A stretch of DNA of 56,002 nt, counting the filler, from Streblomastix strix (Eukaryota): NCBI GenBank assembly GCA_008636045.1. It is 2 parts of 2 records of this genome, joined end to end, with 100 filler letters (N's around TTAATTAATTAA, not from the genome) between each part and the next. Parts side by side here need not be neighbours in the genome. Positions count along the whole stretch, not along the records: positions 28,066 to 56,002 come from SNRW01000136.1; 1 more part is not named here. One strand, written 5' to 3'. Both the position numbers and the translations under genes were made by a program. A model generated the notes under the pieces. It saw only the letters and a program-made list of their open reading frames with translations, made no database searches and was not told the origin of the DNA. Positions 38,301-51,680 of this stretch are shown here, in pieces (the first letter of the stretch is position 1; each line of letters opens with the position of its first letter).

Positions 38301-41300
38301 AGTTTATAAAGTTCAGAGTGCCCAAGACCAATTATTATTTATGCAGCACATAATCCTGTTGTATCAGTCTCAAAATTCATTATTAATTCAGATTTCTTTT
38401 CATTCAATTTAACTGTTGGTGCTTCAGCAACATTAGCTGGATCAGAAGATAAAGACCATCCAATCGCTTTTGATGATAAAACACTATTTGGAATATGATG
38501 CATAAGACGAATCGATTTGGTGAAATTCCTTGGAGCTAGTGTGTATGAAGTGTTATTCATTACAAGAGGTACTGTTGATTCAACAAAAGCACATCGGGGC
38601 GTTCTTCGAACCCAAACACGAATTTAACATGTAGTTAACATATTAGTTTGCCGAGTGCTCCTTGTTAAAATATCGCATAATGACCAAGATATTGTTGGCT
38701 CTTCAGACGTTTAACCAGAAACATGAAAAGAAATTTCAATTCTTTCTCCTGCTTTAACAAAATTGGATGCAAGTTTTGCTTTCAAATTCTCATTTTATTC
38801 ATTTTTAATCTCAACTGTCACATCATCACTTGATAAGTTGTCAATCATCACAATTCCACAATTTGAAGATTATGATCCATCAATATGAATACCTAAGTCT
38901 GCTGTTATTGAAGAAGATATAAACTGTCATGAATCTCCAATTCCACCAACAAGTGCATTGTATTCTTTTCCTATTTTTATTTCATTTCCTTTTATTCCAC
39001 TAATAATCGTTCCTTCACGAACAATTAAAGCTCTTTCAACATTGATTGGTGCAAAAAGTGGAATATAACTTTAAATAGATTCTATTAATGATTGAGAATA
39101 AATTCCTGTTTTAATTACTGAAACCATTTCATTACTAAACATTATTCCACTGCTTTTTTCTTTTATTAAAGTTTCAATGTTGGGAAACTTTTATTTCAAC
39201 TATACCATTATTTATGTTTGTTATTGTTCACTGCTATTCAAACCATAATAATGCATTAGAACACTACTTTTATCTTGAACTTTGCGAAATGCTTATCGTT
39301 CAGTACAAAAATATCCATCAAGTCTTTCATCATTGCAAAGACAACGCAATCTCTTTGGTTCCTTGAAAATAATTCCTTCTTATTCCAGTTTAATCATCTT
39401 TGCAACTTCGAATGCACTTTAAATATTTTCTTATGCTTTCTTGATAAGAATTTAACCTGTTTCAATAATCTATTATGTTAGATCTTTATCCATATTTTCT
39501 TTTTCATCTTTATCTTAATCTTTGTCTTATTATTTTTATTTTGAATTTGATTTGTTTATGATTGAAAGGTCGTCTTTATTTTATTGGTTCAAAATCCAAT
39601 TAGAAATATTTTCTATAAGTTCTTGAAAACTCGAACAAAAATTACGAATGTTGATATAATTTTCTTTATTTATTTATTCTTATTTCTATCTCGAACTATC
39701 TTCGTAGATTTTAATTATTGTATAAATTAATTATATACGAAGATCAATAAGTTATGTAGTTTCCAGAGGTACTCGCTCTTCACTAAACAACCGTTTTACA
39801 TATTCTTTTAGAGAAAGAAGAATTAATTTATCTAATCCATAAATTTCAAAATTTCGTCGAGAAGATTCGGAATTTCGTAAAACGGTGTTGATGACAGATC
39901 GACCAATTTATGCTTCAGAATCTTCAATTAGATCACATCCAAGTAAGTTAGCAATTCTATATCCAAATGGTTTATTTCGTCTATCAATTTAAAGAAGCAT
40001 AAACCTCCATCTTTCTTCTAAAGATTATTCATATGCTTATTTTGAAGTCTCTTCTCTTAATGCAAGAATTCGTAGAAGCACAAATATTACAGATAATTTC
40101 CTCTTATTCTCCCATTCATTTTGAGATCCAAATGCAATCTTATATTCAGCTGGGTATCTTTATAAGGCAATTCCTTCTCCTGGACTACTGCAAAGAGATT
40201 ATTTCATAGCATCTTGATCAAATTCTGGATCCAAAATCCATTTAATTTCAAATTGTTCTTATTCAATTTCTTATGAAATACTAAAAAGTTTACGAAGATT
40301 TTATCCTTTTTAATCACAAGGAATTTTGTTATTCCATTCAAGAAGATCTACTTTTTACATTCGATTTCTCAATTCTTATCCTCCAAGAATATACGAACAT
40401 ATTAAAAGTGATTCTTTCTTGTTAGTTGGGTTTTATATATCATTTCTAATTAAATTGCATTATTTTCCTTATAATAATGGTCCTGAAAATGTTCCTGAAG
40501 AAGTTGTAATTTGGAGACATGAAACAAGATCAGATGGAGAAAATTAAGGAAATTGAATGAAATCAACGCAATGACGTGTATTTTGTAGTTTATAAACAGC
40601 GAGTTCATCACCTCGAATAAGAGCATGAAGAATATCAGAAAGTTTCATTGATCTACATGATTTTATTGGAATAGTATTGCAGAGTAAATGAGCTCGACTA
40701 AGTCCTCGTAACTATTTTATATCTTCTTGATTCATTTTCTGTCCTTCTTTTGACTCTTCAATTAAATGTTTGAATGGATTAACCAAATTTTCAATGTCAG
40801 CATCTTTACTAAAAGTACTAAGCATATAAATGATGTTTTCAAAACATGCATTTTCTTCCACTTTTGATATTTCATATTCTCGTCGAGAGAATTCAATTAA
40901 TTATTGCATTATATCATTAAATGAATATTCAAGTTCTTTCTCATTTACAATTTTCGGTATTTATGCAGATCCAGAATCAATATCTTTCCGACGTACAATT
41001 GATTGACTAAAAATAGAAAGTTATTATGTACTGTATTGAAGTTTGATCTGATCTGCTGTATTGAGTGGTTCATTGCACTTCCTATGGAAATAAATAGCTA
41101 TATCTCCTTCTCTTTGAAATTCTGTCCCTTGACTTATTCTTTATAAATTTTCAACTTAAAAATTAAATCTTTAAACTAATTCTCTCTATTTCTCCATCAT
41201 TTAACTCATTTAGTCCATTTAAGTTATTTATTCTTGAACGTTATTAAGTATGGTTAAACTTTCTTTCCAAAGCACAATACCAACTTGTTAGAAGATATTT

Positions 41301-44300
41301 ACAATTTCAATAGCACTGTTCTTAAATTCTGTTAAATAATTATTCGCTTCTTAAGCTGTTTTATATTAATTCATTAAGCCATTTGCAATATCTATTGTTT
41401 CTTTCTAAATAATATTATTTAAAAATTTGCATATTTCAAATGCTTTTTCGCATAAATTATCATTTATTGGAAGAAGCGATAACCCAAATGGCGAAAATCC
41501 AACTTCAAGAGCAAAAAGTTTGAAATTCTGAATAGCGTTAATAAGTTCTGAGAAAATTCTATTTTATGTCGGAAATTCATTACAAATATCTTTGAAAAAC
41601 TCTATAACCATCCAAAGTTTATGTTCTGCTTTCAATTCTTTCATATTAAATAATAAGTCAGATATTTCTTCACTTGATTAAGATGAAATGCTAACATTAA
41701 GAAGAGGATAAATTGGTTGTGTTTATGGAATGGTTTCTATGATTCTAGCAATCTATATAGGTATTTCTTGACGATTGAAAAGAATAATGGGATTTTATTT
41801 ACTTCGAAGAATAATCAGTGCTGTTTTGTTATTTTCTGGAGCAGGAGGTAATGAATTATCTAAACGAATATATAATTGAATATCGATATCAGATCTTGCA
41901 AGATACCCAGACACGGACCCAGATTCATCTTCTTTGTAAATTAAATTCACATATCGCAATATTTATCGCAAAACTTTATTTGCACATGCTATTATGGGAC
42001 TTTCTTTAATATTATTCTTTTACTGTTCAAATTAAGCAAAAAAGCATTTCAAATATGTTGATATTATATATGAGTAAGTTGCAGATGCAGGAAATATCAT
42101 TGGTAGTGTGAAGAATTTCTCGAATATATGTTAAATATGACCTACAATTAATATCCAATCTTCTGCACTCTTTTCACCAACTTTAATTCCTATAAAACTT
42201 TCTTTATTTATACTTTTCTGGATTAATTTATCACCTTATCCAACAATTAATCCTGAAAGTTCTCTTGCTGGTCGAAGTGTTTCAAGCAAGAAATGAAGTC
42301 TGAAATATCTATTTGCCAAAGGAGTTGCAATACCATGAAAAGATGAAATAATGAAATCAACTTCTTCAAGAACAGATATAGTCTTTCGAATATCACTCAT
42401 TTTCATATCTTTCATCCATTCCAAAACTACTTATTCAAATTTTATTATCATATCCATTGGTGAATAAATATCAATATTTTCTTCAAATTAGTGTAATTTC
42501 TTCAATTTATCTTTTGATCCATAAAATTTGACAAATAGTTTATTAAGTTCTTCATTTGCATCTTCTGGCCATTTCTTACCTTTTTCTTTTATATATTCAT
42601 ATACAATACAATATTGAAACTGTCCTGCAACTTTTGTTAATTCTTCCCACCTATCAGAACTAATTGCAATTTTGTCTTTCCCCATCTATTTTAAAGTTTC
42701 TTCTGCACTTATTGAAATATCATTCTTGTCTTCAATTTTATCAAAACATCGTATAAATGACATTGCAACATTAGAACCAATTATTTCTGCTGAAATTTTA
42801 TCAAATCCAATTCCACGAGCACCAATTACAATTTTGTGTGGTGAAAATTAATCCTTACTGAATAAAAGTTTCCGAGTCTTACTTTTTGTTTGAGCATCGC
42901 AGAATATACGTCCAAGCATACGAGAAATTGGAATGCTTTAAAGTCGTCCTCCATCAGATTGATTTAGAACACTTTCAGCAAGTTCACACAATTCTTTTTC
43001 TTTCTGAGCTGTTTCTAATTGTATGCAAAAGATTCGTGAACGTAATGCTGGTGAAAGTTTTCGAAGATCATTACAAGTAATAAATATTTGAAATCCTTCT
43101 CCAATTTCGAAGTTTTCTTATTCAATATCATCTTCATTATCTTTGTATTGTGATGAAATTTGTTTATCTTAATTGTTCAGAATAGTTCCATGTTAATGGA
43201 AAAACATAGGTCTTTCACCTTCATATACAGATAGAGTAGGTTTCTCTTCAAGCAGTGACATTAGTCTCTCTAATATATGAGGTGCATTTTCAGCTCCATC
43301 AAACAAAATCCATTCTCCTTTCTTCATCTTTTTAATGAGAATTCCTTCTTTGAATACAAAATTTCGAGCAGATCGTTGTTGGAACTAAATAAATTTATTT
43401 GCCAATTATTTTGATTCTGATTCTATCTTCTTAATCACTTGTTTATTTAATTCATTATTGTTCTAAGATGAGAATGATCCCAAATCAACAAGTGCTTTTG
43501 TAATATCTTCAATGTCTGGATATTCTGCAAATGATGCACATATAAGTTCAACAGATTTCAAATGTCCTGCATCAACAGCTCTTAATGAAATATCTCGAGC
43601 TTAATTGCAAAGATTCTGCATTTCCTCTGCATTTCCATCTATTTCTAATGTACCAATAATAGACGAACTATCTGTATCAGTATTAAATTGAATAATTCCA
43701 AGTTCTCTTCCAACAGCATGTGCGAGTGTTCTAATAATGTGAGTCTTTCCTGAACCACTCTCTCCAAATAATGCAATAGGACGATGTGCCATCACCCCAG
43801 CACCAATAAGACATGCAATACGACGTTGTTTAGCGGTAAATGGAAGATTTAAATGACCATTAACAGCATCAGATGATAGAGGTAATTGAACTGTATCAGA
43901 TAGAACAAGATATCCATTACGAACAAGTGGGATTATATCGCCTTTAGTTGGTTCAATTTTAACTTCTTTTAGAAGTTATTAGGCTGCTTTTCGATTGAAT
44001 TGAGTTGCATAAACAAGTTCAATCAATTGATCAGTTCGGAAAGTTGGACAAGCATCACGAAACATTCGTAATCGTAATATTTCTCGAAGTGTTATGGAGT
44101 CACGTTCTGAAGATGTTCCAGTCTCACGTTCAAGAAGTGAAGAAGCCGCTTTATGAGCTTTCATTATCTTTGTCAGTGATGCTGAATTGTCTTGCATGTT
44201 GTTTTGATCTAAAAGAATAGAACGAGCAAGTACATCAAGTTCAATATCATTGAATGGAATAAGACGAAGTAAATGAGATGCTCCTTATAATTTTTGACTT

Positions 44301-47300
44301 AGCTGAGATCGTGCATTAGAAAGTGCTGCACTGTTCATAGTTGCAACAATTACAATTCTTCTGTGGTTGATCTCTTTCCCATTAGGTAGGAAATATCGAT
44401 TATTTAATTGCATTTCAAGTATAAATACTTCTAAAACTTCTAATAAATGTGGAGGAGCAAGATTAATTTCGTCGAGAAGAATTGCTTAAGAAGGTAAATA
44501 TTAATCAAATGAATCATCTAAACTCCTTCTCATAGCAATTGTTAAAGGACCAGGAACAAATCTAGTTGTAAATCCATTACCTTCTGGATCAGAGCGTGGC
44601 ATGTCCCTTCCAAAAAGATCTTCAACAGTTGTAGTTGGTGAAAGGTTAATCCTTGTTAATTACAATCCAAGAGATTCAAGTACTGCTTTAACTACAGCTG
44701 TTTTACCACGTCCTGGTGATCCTTCAAAGATTGTAACTGTTTTAGATGCAATAGATGTAAGTACTGCATCAGCCATATCAACAGAACTTCGAGTCCATTG
44801 AATTGAATTAAGAACTTCTAATGAGGCATTTGGAAGTAATGGAATAGATATACCACTTGTTAAACTAATCATTCGCTTTTCTTCTGATGAACTTTCTATA
44901 AAATTTAATACTTAATCACGATCTTAAACTGGTTGATCTTTTGTATCAGTAATTACAATATAGCTCAGTGCTTCTGGTAGATGTGGAGAAAGAATATCTT
45001 TTGTTACTCGGCATCGATCATTATCTGGAAGTGCATCAACAATAGTCCTTAGAGCTGATATTCCAGCTGCTTTTGATGAAGGGAAATTCTAAAGTTCAAC
45101 AAGACATTATGCAGTATTGCACCAACGAATATATTTTGTTATTTCTATCTTCACAAGAGCTCCATTCAAACCTCGGTGAATATCATTAATAGAATCAATT
45201 AATTCATAATTCTTTTTAGTAATATTCTCTGCAATTATTTTTATGTCTTCTTCATCATCATATTCTTCTTCTTTTCGTTAAATGTTATAATTCAATTATA
45301 TTCCTTTTGATTTATTTGAATATTATGGCTATTTAATAATATTCAATCTATATGGATTGGTGTATATCGATGTAAATCGTGATAAAAGTGGTTTCGAAAG
45401 AGCCATTAAACCTTATTCTGAAGTTGTTGCATTAAGAGAAAATCCTGCACTAATTGGAGCAGATCGTGATTTAAGCTAATTAATTTCTCTTAGAATACTT
45501 TCATCATTGTAAATTTATTGAGTATCTTCTGAAATTACCAAAGAACGAGGATCTTCTAACAATGAATTTAATCGTTCTAATACAGATGCTGGAGGAAGAT
45601 TTATAGATCGAAGTAATAGTGGTATTCCAAGTATAGATGACAATGAAACAACACTTGGAATAAAAGACATTGCAACTTTTATTCCTGATGTGTTAATATC
45701 AATTGATGATGATGATGAAGATGAACTTGATTATGATTTTGTTGAATTCTGATCTGTATGTAATTTTGTGCGCATTTTATTTAAACATATTTGAATAAAT
45801 AATGCACCACGAATCACACCATGTCTTTTCTCTTTATCTTTCACTTCAATACCACGTTATTCATATTCAATTTCTTTTTATAAAGTCTAAGATAGATCTT
45901 TAGCAAGTTATTCTCCACTTTATTGATTGCAAATAAATCCAATATTGTTAAGAGCATCATATAAGGCAGAATTTAATACTTAGATTCCATCTTCAAAACG
46001 AGAAGGTGTGCTGAGAATTGTTGAACCAATTAATTCACTAATCTAAGTCTCACGAGTCATATGAACAATATTTGTTTTTTCTGGTAGAAGAAATTCCATT
46101 GCAGTTGCTTTATAACATGTTGGTCCAACAAGAAGTACACTTTCACGAGGAATTTGATCATCTGGAGTACCTGTCCAACGAATCCAAAATAATGCTTCAT
46201 TTGAAGGTTATGGAAATGTTGCTGCTTTATCAATTTTCATTGCTATATGTCCTCGTACTAAATAATAAGTTCCATGATTAGTTCTTATTGATTTCGTTTT
46301 TGATTAAGCTAAATTATTTGCATCTTCCAATGATCCATTAAATATATCAATAACTCTTTCAATAATCATACGTTCTCTTTCTTCATCAAAACGACGACCA
46401 CTCAAAATAAATGATAATCCAACATCTTAAATTGAAATTGCATGAATATTGTGAGGAAGTTAATAATCATCTGGTTTTGTTCCTACAAAGTCATTTGCAC
46501 GTCTAAGGAATCGACGAACATCACGAAGAGACCACTTAATATGCAAAATTTCTTTCATCGCATCTACAAATTATCCTAATGCAAATGGAGTAAGTCCATC
46601 TTTTATTGTTTTTGGATAATCAGCTTTCATTATTTTATCAATTAATCCTTCCATATCTAATGCACTAGGATTTGTTACATGAACACGTACAAGAATAGAA
46701 TCAACAAATTCAGGAAGTTTAACACGGCCTTATTCATTATCTTCATTTCCAGTTGCAATGAATAAGAAACCATTTCCAATTGTTATTGGATCTTTAATTT
46801 CTGGATGAATGAAAGTAGCACCAGGACGAGCAGATAAGAATGGAACTAATGATATCATTACTGCTGGTGTCAATAGATTAAATTCGTCTGCAAGAAATAC
46901 ACATCCTTGACGAGCAGCTTGAACAAGTGGTCCTTCTACAAATCGGAATCCATTCTATTCAAATGAAAGGCTACCAATAAAATGTTCAACTTAAGTTTCT
47001 GCACTACAAGATACGGATAAAACAGGATTACGTGTTTGGAAAGTACGATTCGCACTGAAATGTCGAACTACTTCTGTTTTCCCACATCCTGGTTCTCCTT
47101 ATAAGAATATTGGCCACCCAGTGGATGATGCAATTGTCAATGCTGCTATACTTTACCACATTGGAGAATTATGATCTCCTTCATAGAAAAATCTCTGCCC
47201 GCTCTTAATTTCATTTATTGTACGGAGAACAAATGTTCCAGCAGCTTCAGAAGCAAGCGAATCTCGTTATAATTAGCATAGTGCAATATGTTCTTCAACC

Positions 47301-50300
47301 TTTAATCCATTAATAATTCCATATGTGGCACATGCTGCTTGTGCAAGAAGTGCAACATTCCGTATTGTTGAATTATTTGATAAAACTTTTGCTATCTCTT
47401 TTGCAATCTGTTCTATTTGTTCCTGTTTTGGAATTGTCGGTCTAATTCCAAGTGGAATATTACTATAATTAATCAATGACATTTTCTAAGCACATTTAGA
47501 CATTACCATACTAGCAATTTAAATTTTTAATGTTTCTGTAAGCTCAGGAGGTTCAACAGCAATTGTGACAAAACGATTTCTAAGCGCTAGTGATATAGCT
47601 TATGTTTATCTATTGAGGTTAGTTGTAAGTGTTGAAATCACTACAAATCCTTCATTCACATTTAATTCAGAATTATCTCCTTTCTCTGGAACAAGGAATG
47701 GAGTTTTATCTCTTCGAGCATTCTTCTCCAATAAAGGATTCAATCGTTCAATTACTTAAGCTTTTGCTTCATCAATTCGATCTAGAATAACTGGGATTCC
47801 AGATTCAACTCCAACAAGTATAGGTCCATTATTCCATTATACAAGTTTTGTTAGATCAGTTTCATCTTATTATATTTCTTTTGGTTTAAAAGATCCAATA
47901 ATATTATCTACAGTAGATTCTGGTCCAAGAAGTACTGTTGGTATTTCAGTTCTACTTTTTCTTATTTCTTCGTTTGTGCAGAATTCAGCAACAAATCTGG
48001 CGAGTGCACTGAGACCGCATCCACTTGGTCCTTCAAGAAGAACATGTAAACCAGATCGTGCTGCAACAATTGCAAAAACAGCTGCATCAACAAATTGAGA
48101 ATGAGCATGAATGTGTTTTTGAATTGCAATATTATATATTTCATTACGAAGTTGAGTAAAATTATCACTTTCTCCAATTGCATCCATCTTACTTTTAAAG
48201 CGTATACGATCAACAGTTGGAATTTATGCCATATAAGCTACTTAACAAGCATCATGAGGTTTAATTTTATCCAAAACCATCATATCAAGAGCATAACTAA
48301 AGTTCCGAAGAGTCATTGATGCTTATCCTCGAGACTTGTCTATCCGTGAATTGGATGCAAAATATTCTGATACACTTTTATGAATATCTGTTATTTGTTT
48401 AGACTTCTCAACTAGACCAGGAATTGAAATTTACAAAAGTTCGCTAAATATATTATTGCATTCATCTGTGCTCATTAAGGGGAAATTAATAGTGCAAAAT
48501 CGTGCAAGTACCTCAGAAGGAAGAATATTCCGTTGTTGAGTTGTGTATCCTTCCGATTCCCCATTGACTGTTGCAACAATTCGGAAATTTGGATGTCTTT
48601 AAATTTACCGACCTTCAACTTCGATGGTTGTTCCATCCAAAGCAGAAAGAATAGAAGAAAGAACTTTTGGAGAACAAAGATCAAATTCATCTAAAAGTAA
48701 TACATGACCTTTTTCATATGCTTCAGTTAGAACTCCAGGAACATAAGATAGCATCGATGTACCTCGACGACGAAGCATCTTCCTTCCAAGCAAATCTCCA
48801 ACTTCTGTTTATTCGCTAAGAGCATATATCAGAGGAAATTTATTGAAAAGCCCAAAAGATGCAACTTATGCAGTCATACTCTTTGATGCACTAGTAGGTC
48901 CTTGAATTAATAAAGGTATTCCAGAAAGCAAAGCAAATGTAACAATATCTAATCGAGGTATAGCTCCATATTTAGCAATGAATCTTGGAATTCGATCTGA
49001 AATACTCCGATCACGAAGTAGTTTATCTGCAAATATTGGTTATTATTTCCCTTCACGAATTAATGTTAACCATTATGCTGCATCTTATAGAAGTGTATCT
49101 GATTCAATGTTCTTTGAAAATATATCTTTTCTTTCACAAAGAAATCCTTTAGGTTATCCATCACTTATTTAATGTTTGACATCATGAACTTCTTTAATCT
49201 ATGATCTTGCTTATTGACGTTCAAGACCATTATTTAAATAAGAAATTGCTTCAATTGCAGCAATTAAACGTGGATCGTCAATAGATAGATGAAGATCAAT
49301 TATTTTCATTGCGATTGTATTAATTGATATTCCACGAGATGTAAGAGAATTCAGACAATGCCGTGCAATAATCGTTCCTTTATAAGATAAAGCAAGACGA
49401 AGAAGTTCATCAACATTTAGATGTTAAACAAGATCAAATGCTCCACGAAGTGCAAATGTTGGTACGCTTGGAACTATTGCTTCAAGTGCAACAAAGAATT
49501 CTAATGTTAGAAATTCTCTCATCTGATATGGAATATATTCAACATTCCTAAATATTCCTCTTTCGGTTAGTTTTACACGGAAAACAGTCATATCAGAATT
49601 ATTTTCATTCCATTCTCCATCATCTTCAACTCTTTTATGCTCTTTAGGCGTCAATTCATGTTTCCATCCAAGATTCTTATGTCTAATAGAATAATAAAGA
49701 TATTTATCTTTATCTTAGACGCTGAATGCAGGTACGGAAACAGCAAATTTCTTACCAGAATCATCAATAGCTGATTATTTTTCAGGATTTTATGTTGATA
49801 TGGAATTATTCCAATTAACTATTTCAACAAATGGAAAGCCTCTCTCGGATGGATTCTTTGGATCAACAATGGTAAGTGAATTTACATCAAGATTTAATGG
49901 GCACTCAACAACAACTTCTACTCTTATAATGAGTTGGTTTTCATCCACTAATTCTTCTGAATAACCCAATAACTTAATACCAGCAATTGTTGATTTCTAA
50001 AATGCAATCTTCTCTTCTTCCTTTTCCTTTCTCTGTTCATCTTCCATTCTCCTTTTAATATTTCTTTCTTCTTTTCCTCTTGTATAATCTTTCTATTTAT
50101 TTTATTTTCCATCTTTCTTTTTAAGCAATAATTCATCAATAATATTCTATTTATCCATTTATTCTTCTATTTTTATTTCTTCTTCGTTGTTCTTTGTTAT
50201 TTTGATTTAATCATATATATTCTCATCAATTCTTTCTTTTTGAATAATATTATCTTACTTATCTCCCTTAAAACTCGAGTTTTATTCAATTTATGCCTTT

Positions 50301-51292
50301 TCAAGCACTTGTTGCTTATCATTTTTATATTTGCCTTTGATTTCGTTGCACTTATTCCGTAAACTTTAAATATTGCATCTGTGCTATGGAAGGTCTTCTA
50401 ATGCATCCGCAACAAGGTCTGCAGCTTCTGGCGTTTTGCCGAATAGATTAAGAAGCACCTATCCCAGCCCAAAAATATCTGATGCAGCTGACGGGCCAAC
50501 ATTTGTCCCTGAATCCATGGTGATTATGCTTGTAACACTATCGCGTAAACTCCCGCGGTGCCTGCGCTGTCTTTATGAAACAAGCTCTGGGGCTGCCCAC
50601 TCCGAGTCCCATCTAAATGCACTACCTTCAGGATGCTTGTTAATGACTTCTCTATTTCCTATATATCCTGTTAATGCAACAGCTGCCCCCCTTATACCCC
50701 GATTGCAGAGAATTGTGTTTGGACGAAGGTCGAAGCCAAAATGGCCTCTCGAGTGAGCCTATTAAATTGAATCGATAAGTGATTTAGCAGTTTCCAATCT
50801 TGCTGCGTTGTCTGCCAGAAGTCCCTACTTAATATCAGTTTCCAATGTGCATGTACTAGATGTAAGAAAAACGACACAGCATCCAACTTAAGTATTTCCG
50901 AACCCCACGAATATTAGGTCTCTTGCCTTCTATACTAGCAGATCTTCATAGCACTCAAGCTCAGCTGTGAAATATTACCTAAGAGCATCCAGGTCCTGGG
51001 GGTGATATCGCACAAGCAAACAGAAGTGATCAGGACTTGGCTTTTCGTTCGTGGGTTCCAATACAATGTTAGAGTCGTCATCAAGATGAGCTATTGTTGA
51101 ATAGAATTAAACACCAGGAAACATGCTTGTAATGCCCAACGGCGCGAAGAATTCTTGATTTTAAATTTATAAAAGAATTGGAGCAAAGTATTTAGTGTCA
51201 AGATCTCCAGACTCGTCTGTATTGTCGATTAGAGTATTTGCAACATGACTTGTTCGGTGTGAGATGCTTAAAGTAGGATCCTAGGTAGCCAT
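32387..51292 (-). CDS. Giant (~6,300 aa) pseudokinase + six AAA+ (midasin/RNF213-like) + multi-VWA protein; one in-frame TGA at 38927
   Basis: 14 minus-strand fragments of the ORF track share one frame. Walker A-like motifs GPTSASKS, GPSGCGLS, GEPGCGKT, GPTCYKAT, GSPGRGKT, GESGSGKT; LLLDEFDL, LADEFNL, LLDEINLA; VWA motifs VDISASM, FVIDST...FTDG, LDSSGSM...FFTDG. Alternative in-frame ATGs up to 51355. Confidence 0.85.
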
Positions 51293-51680
51293 CACGACTT
51301 AGCTTTTATAAACCCATAACTTCATTTATTAATTTTATTTCATTTTGCTTTTCATTGAAATAATTATTGTTTTAATTTTTATAATAATTTAATTTAGATA
51401 TTTTATATTTCAATATTTATTTATTATTAGGGATGTCAACCCAACCATCCAGCGCTCGCACGACCCACTCAGCCAAGAAAAAACGACTCAGAAAGAAAAA
51501 ACAAAATAAAATATCAAAATACTATGAAAGAAAAAAACAATGTTATAAAAAAATATTTTCAAAACAAATTAAGAATATTCAAAACAAGAAAAATACTATT
51601 GAATTAAAAATAATAGTGAATAAATTAAATGGAAAATTGTTTTATATACATTCTATCAAATATATTGAAGCGAATTATAT

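Noticed and set aside
38927..38929. Selenocysteine explanation for the in-frame TGAs
   Set aside because: No redox motif context and no SECIS recognisable by eye; these protein families are not known selenoproteins. Not formally excluded without a SECIS search.
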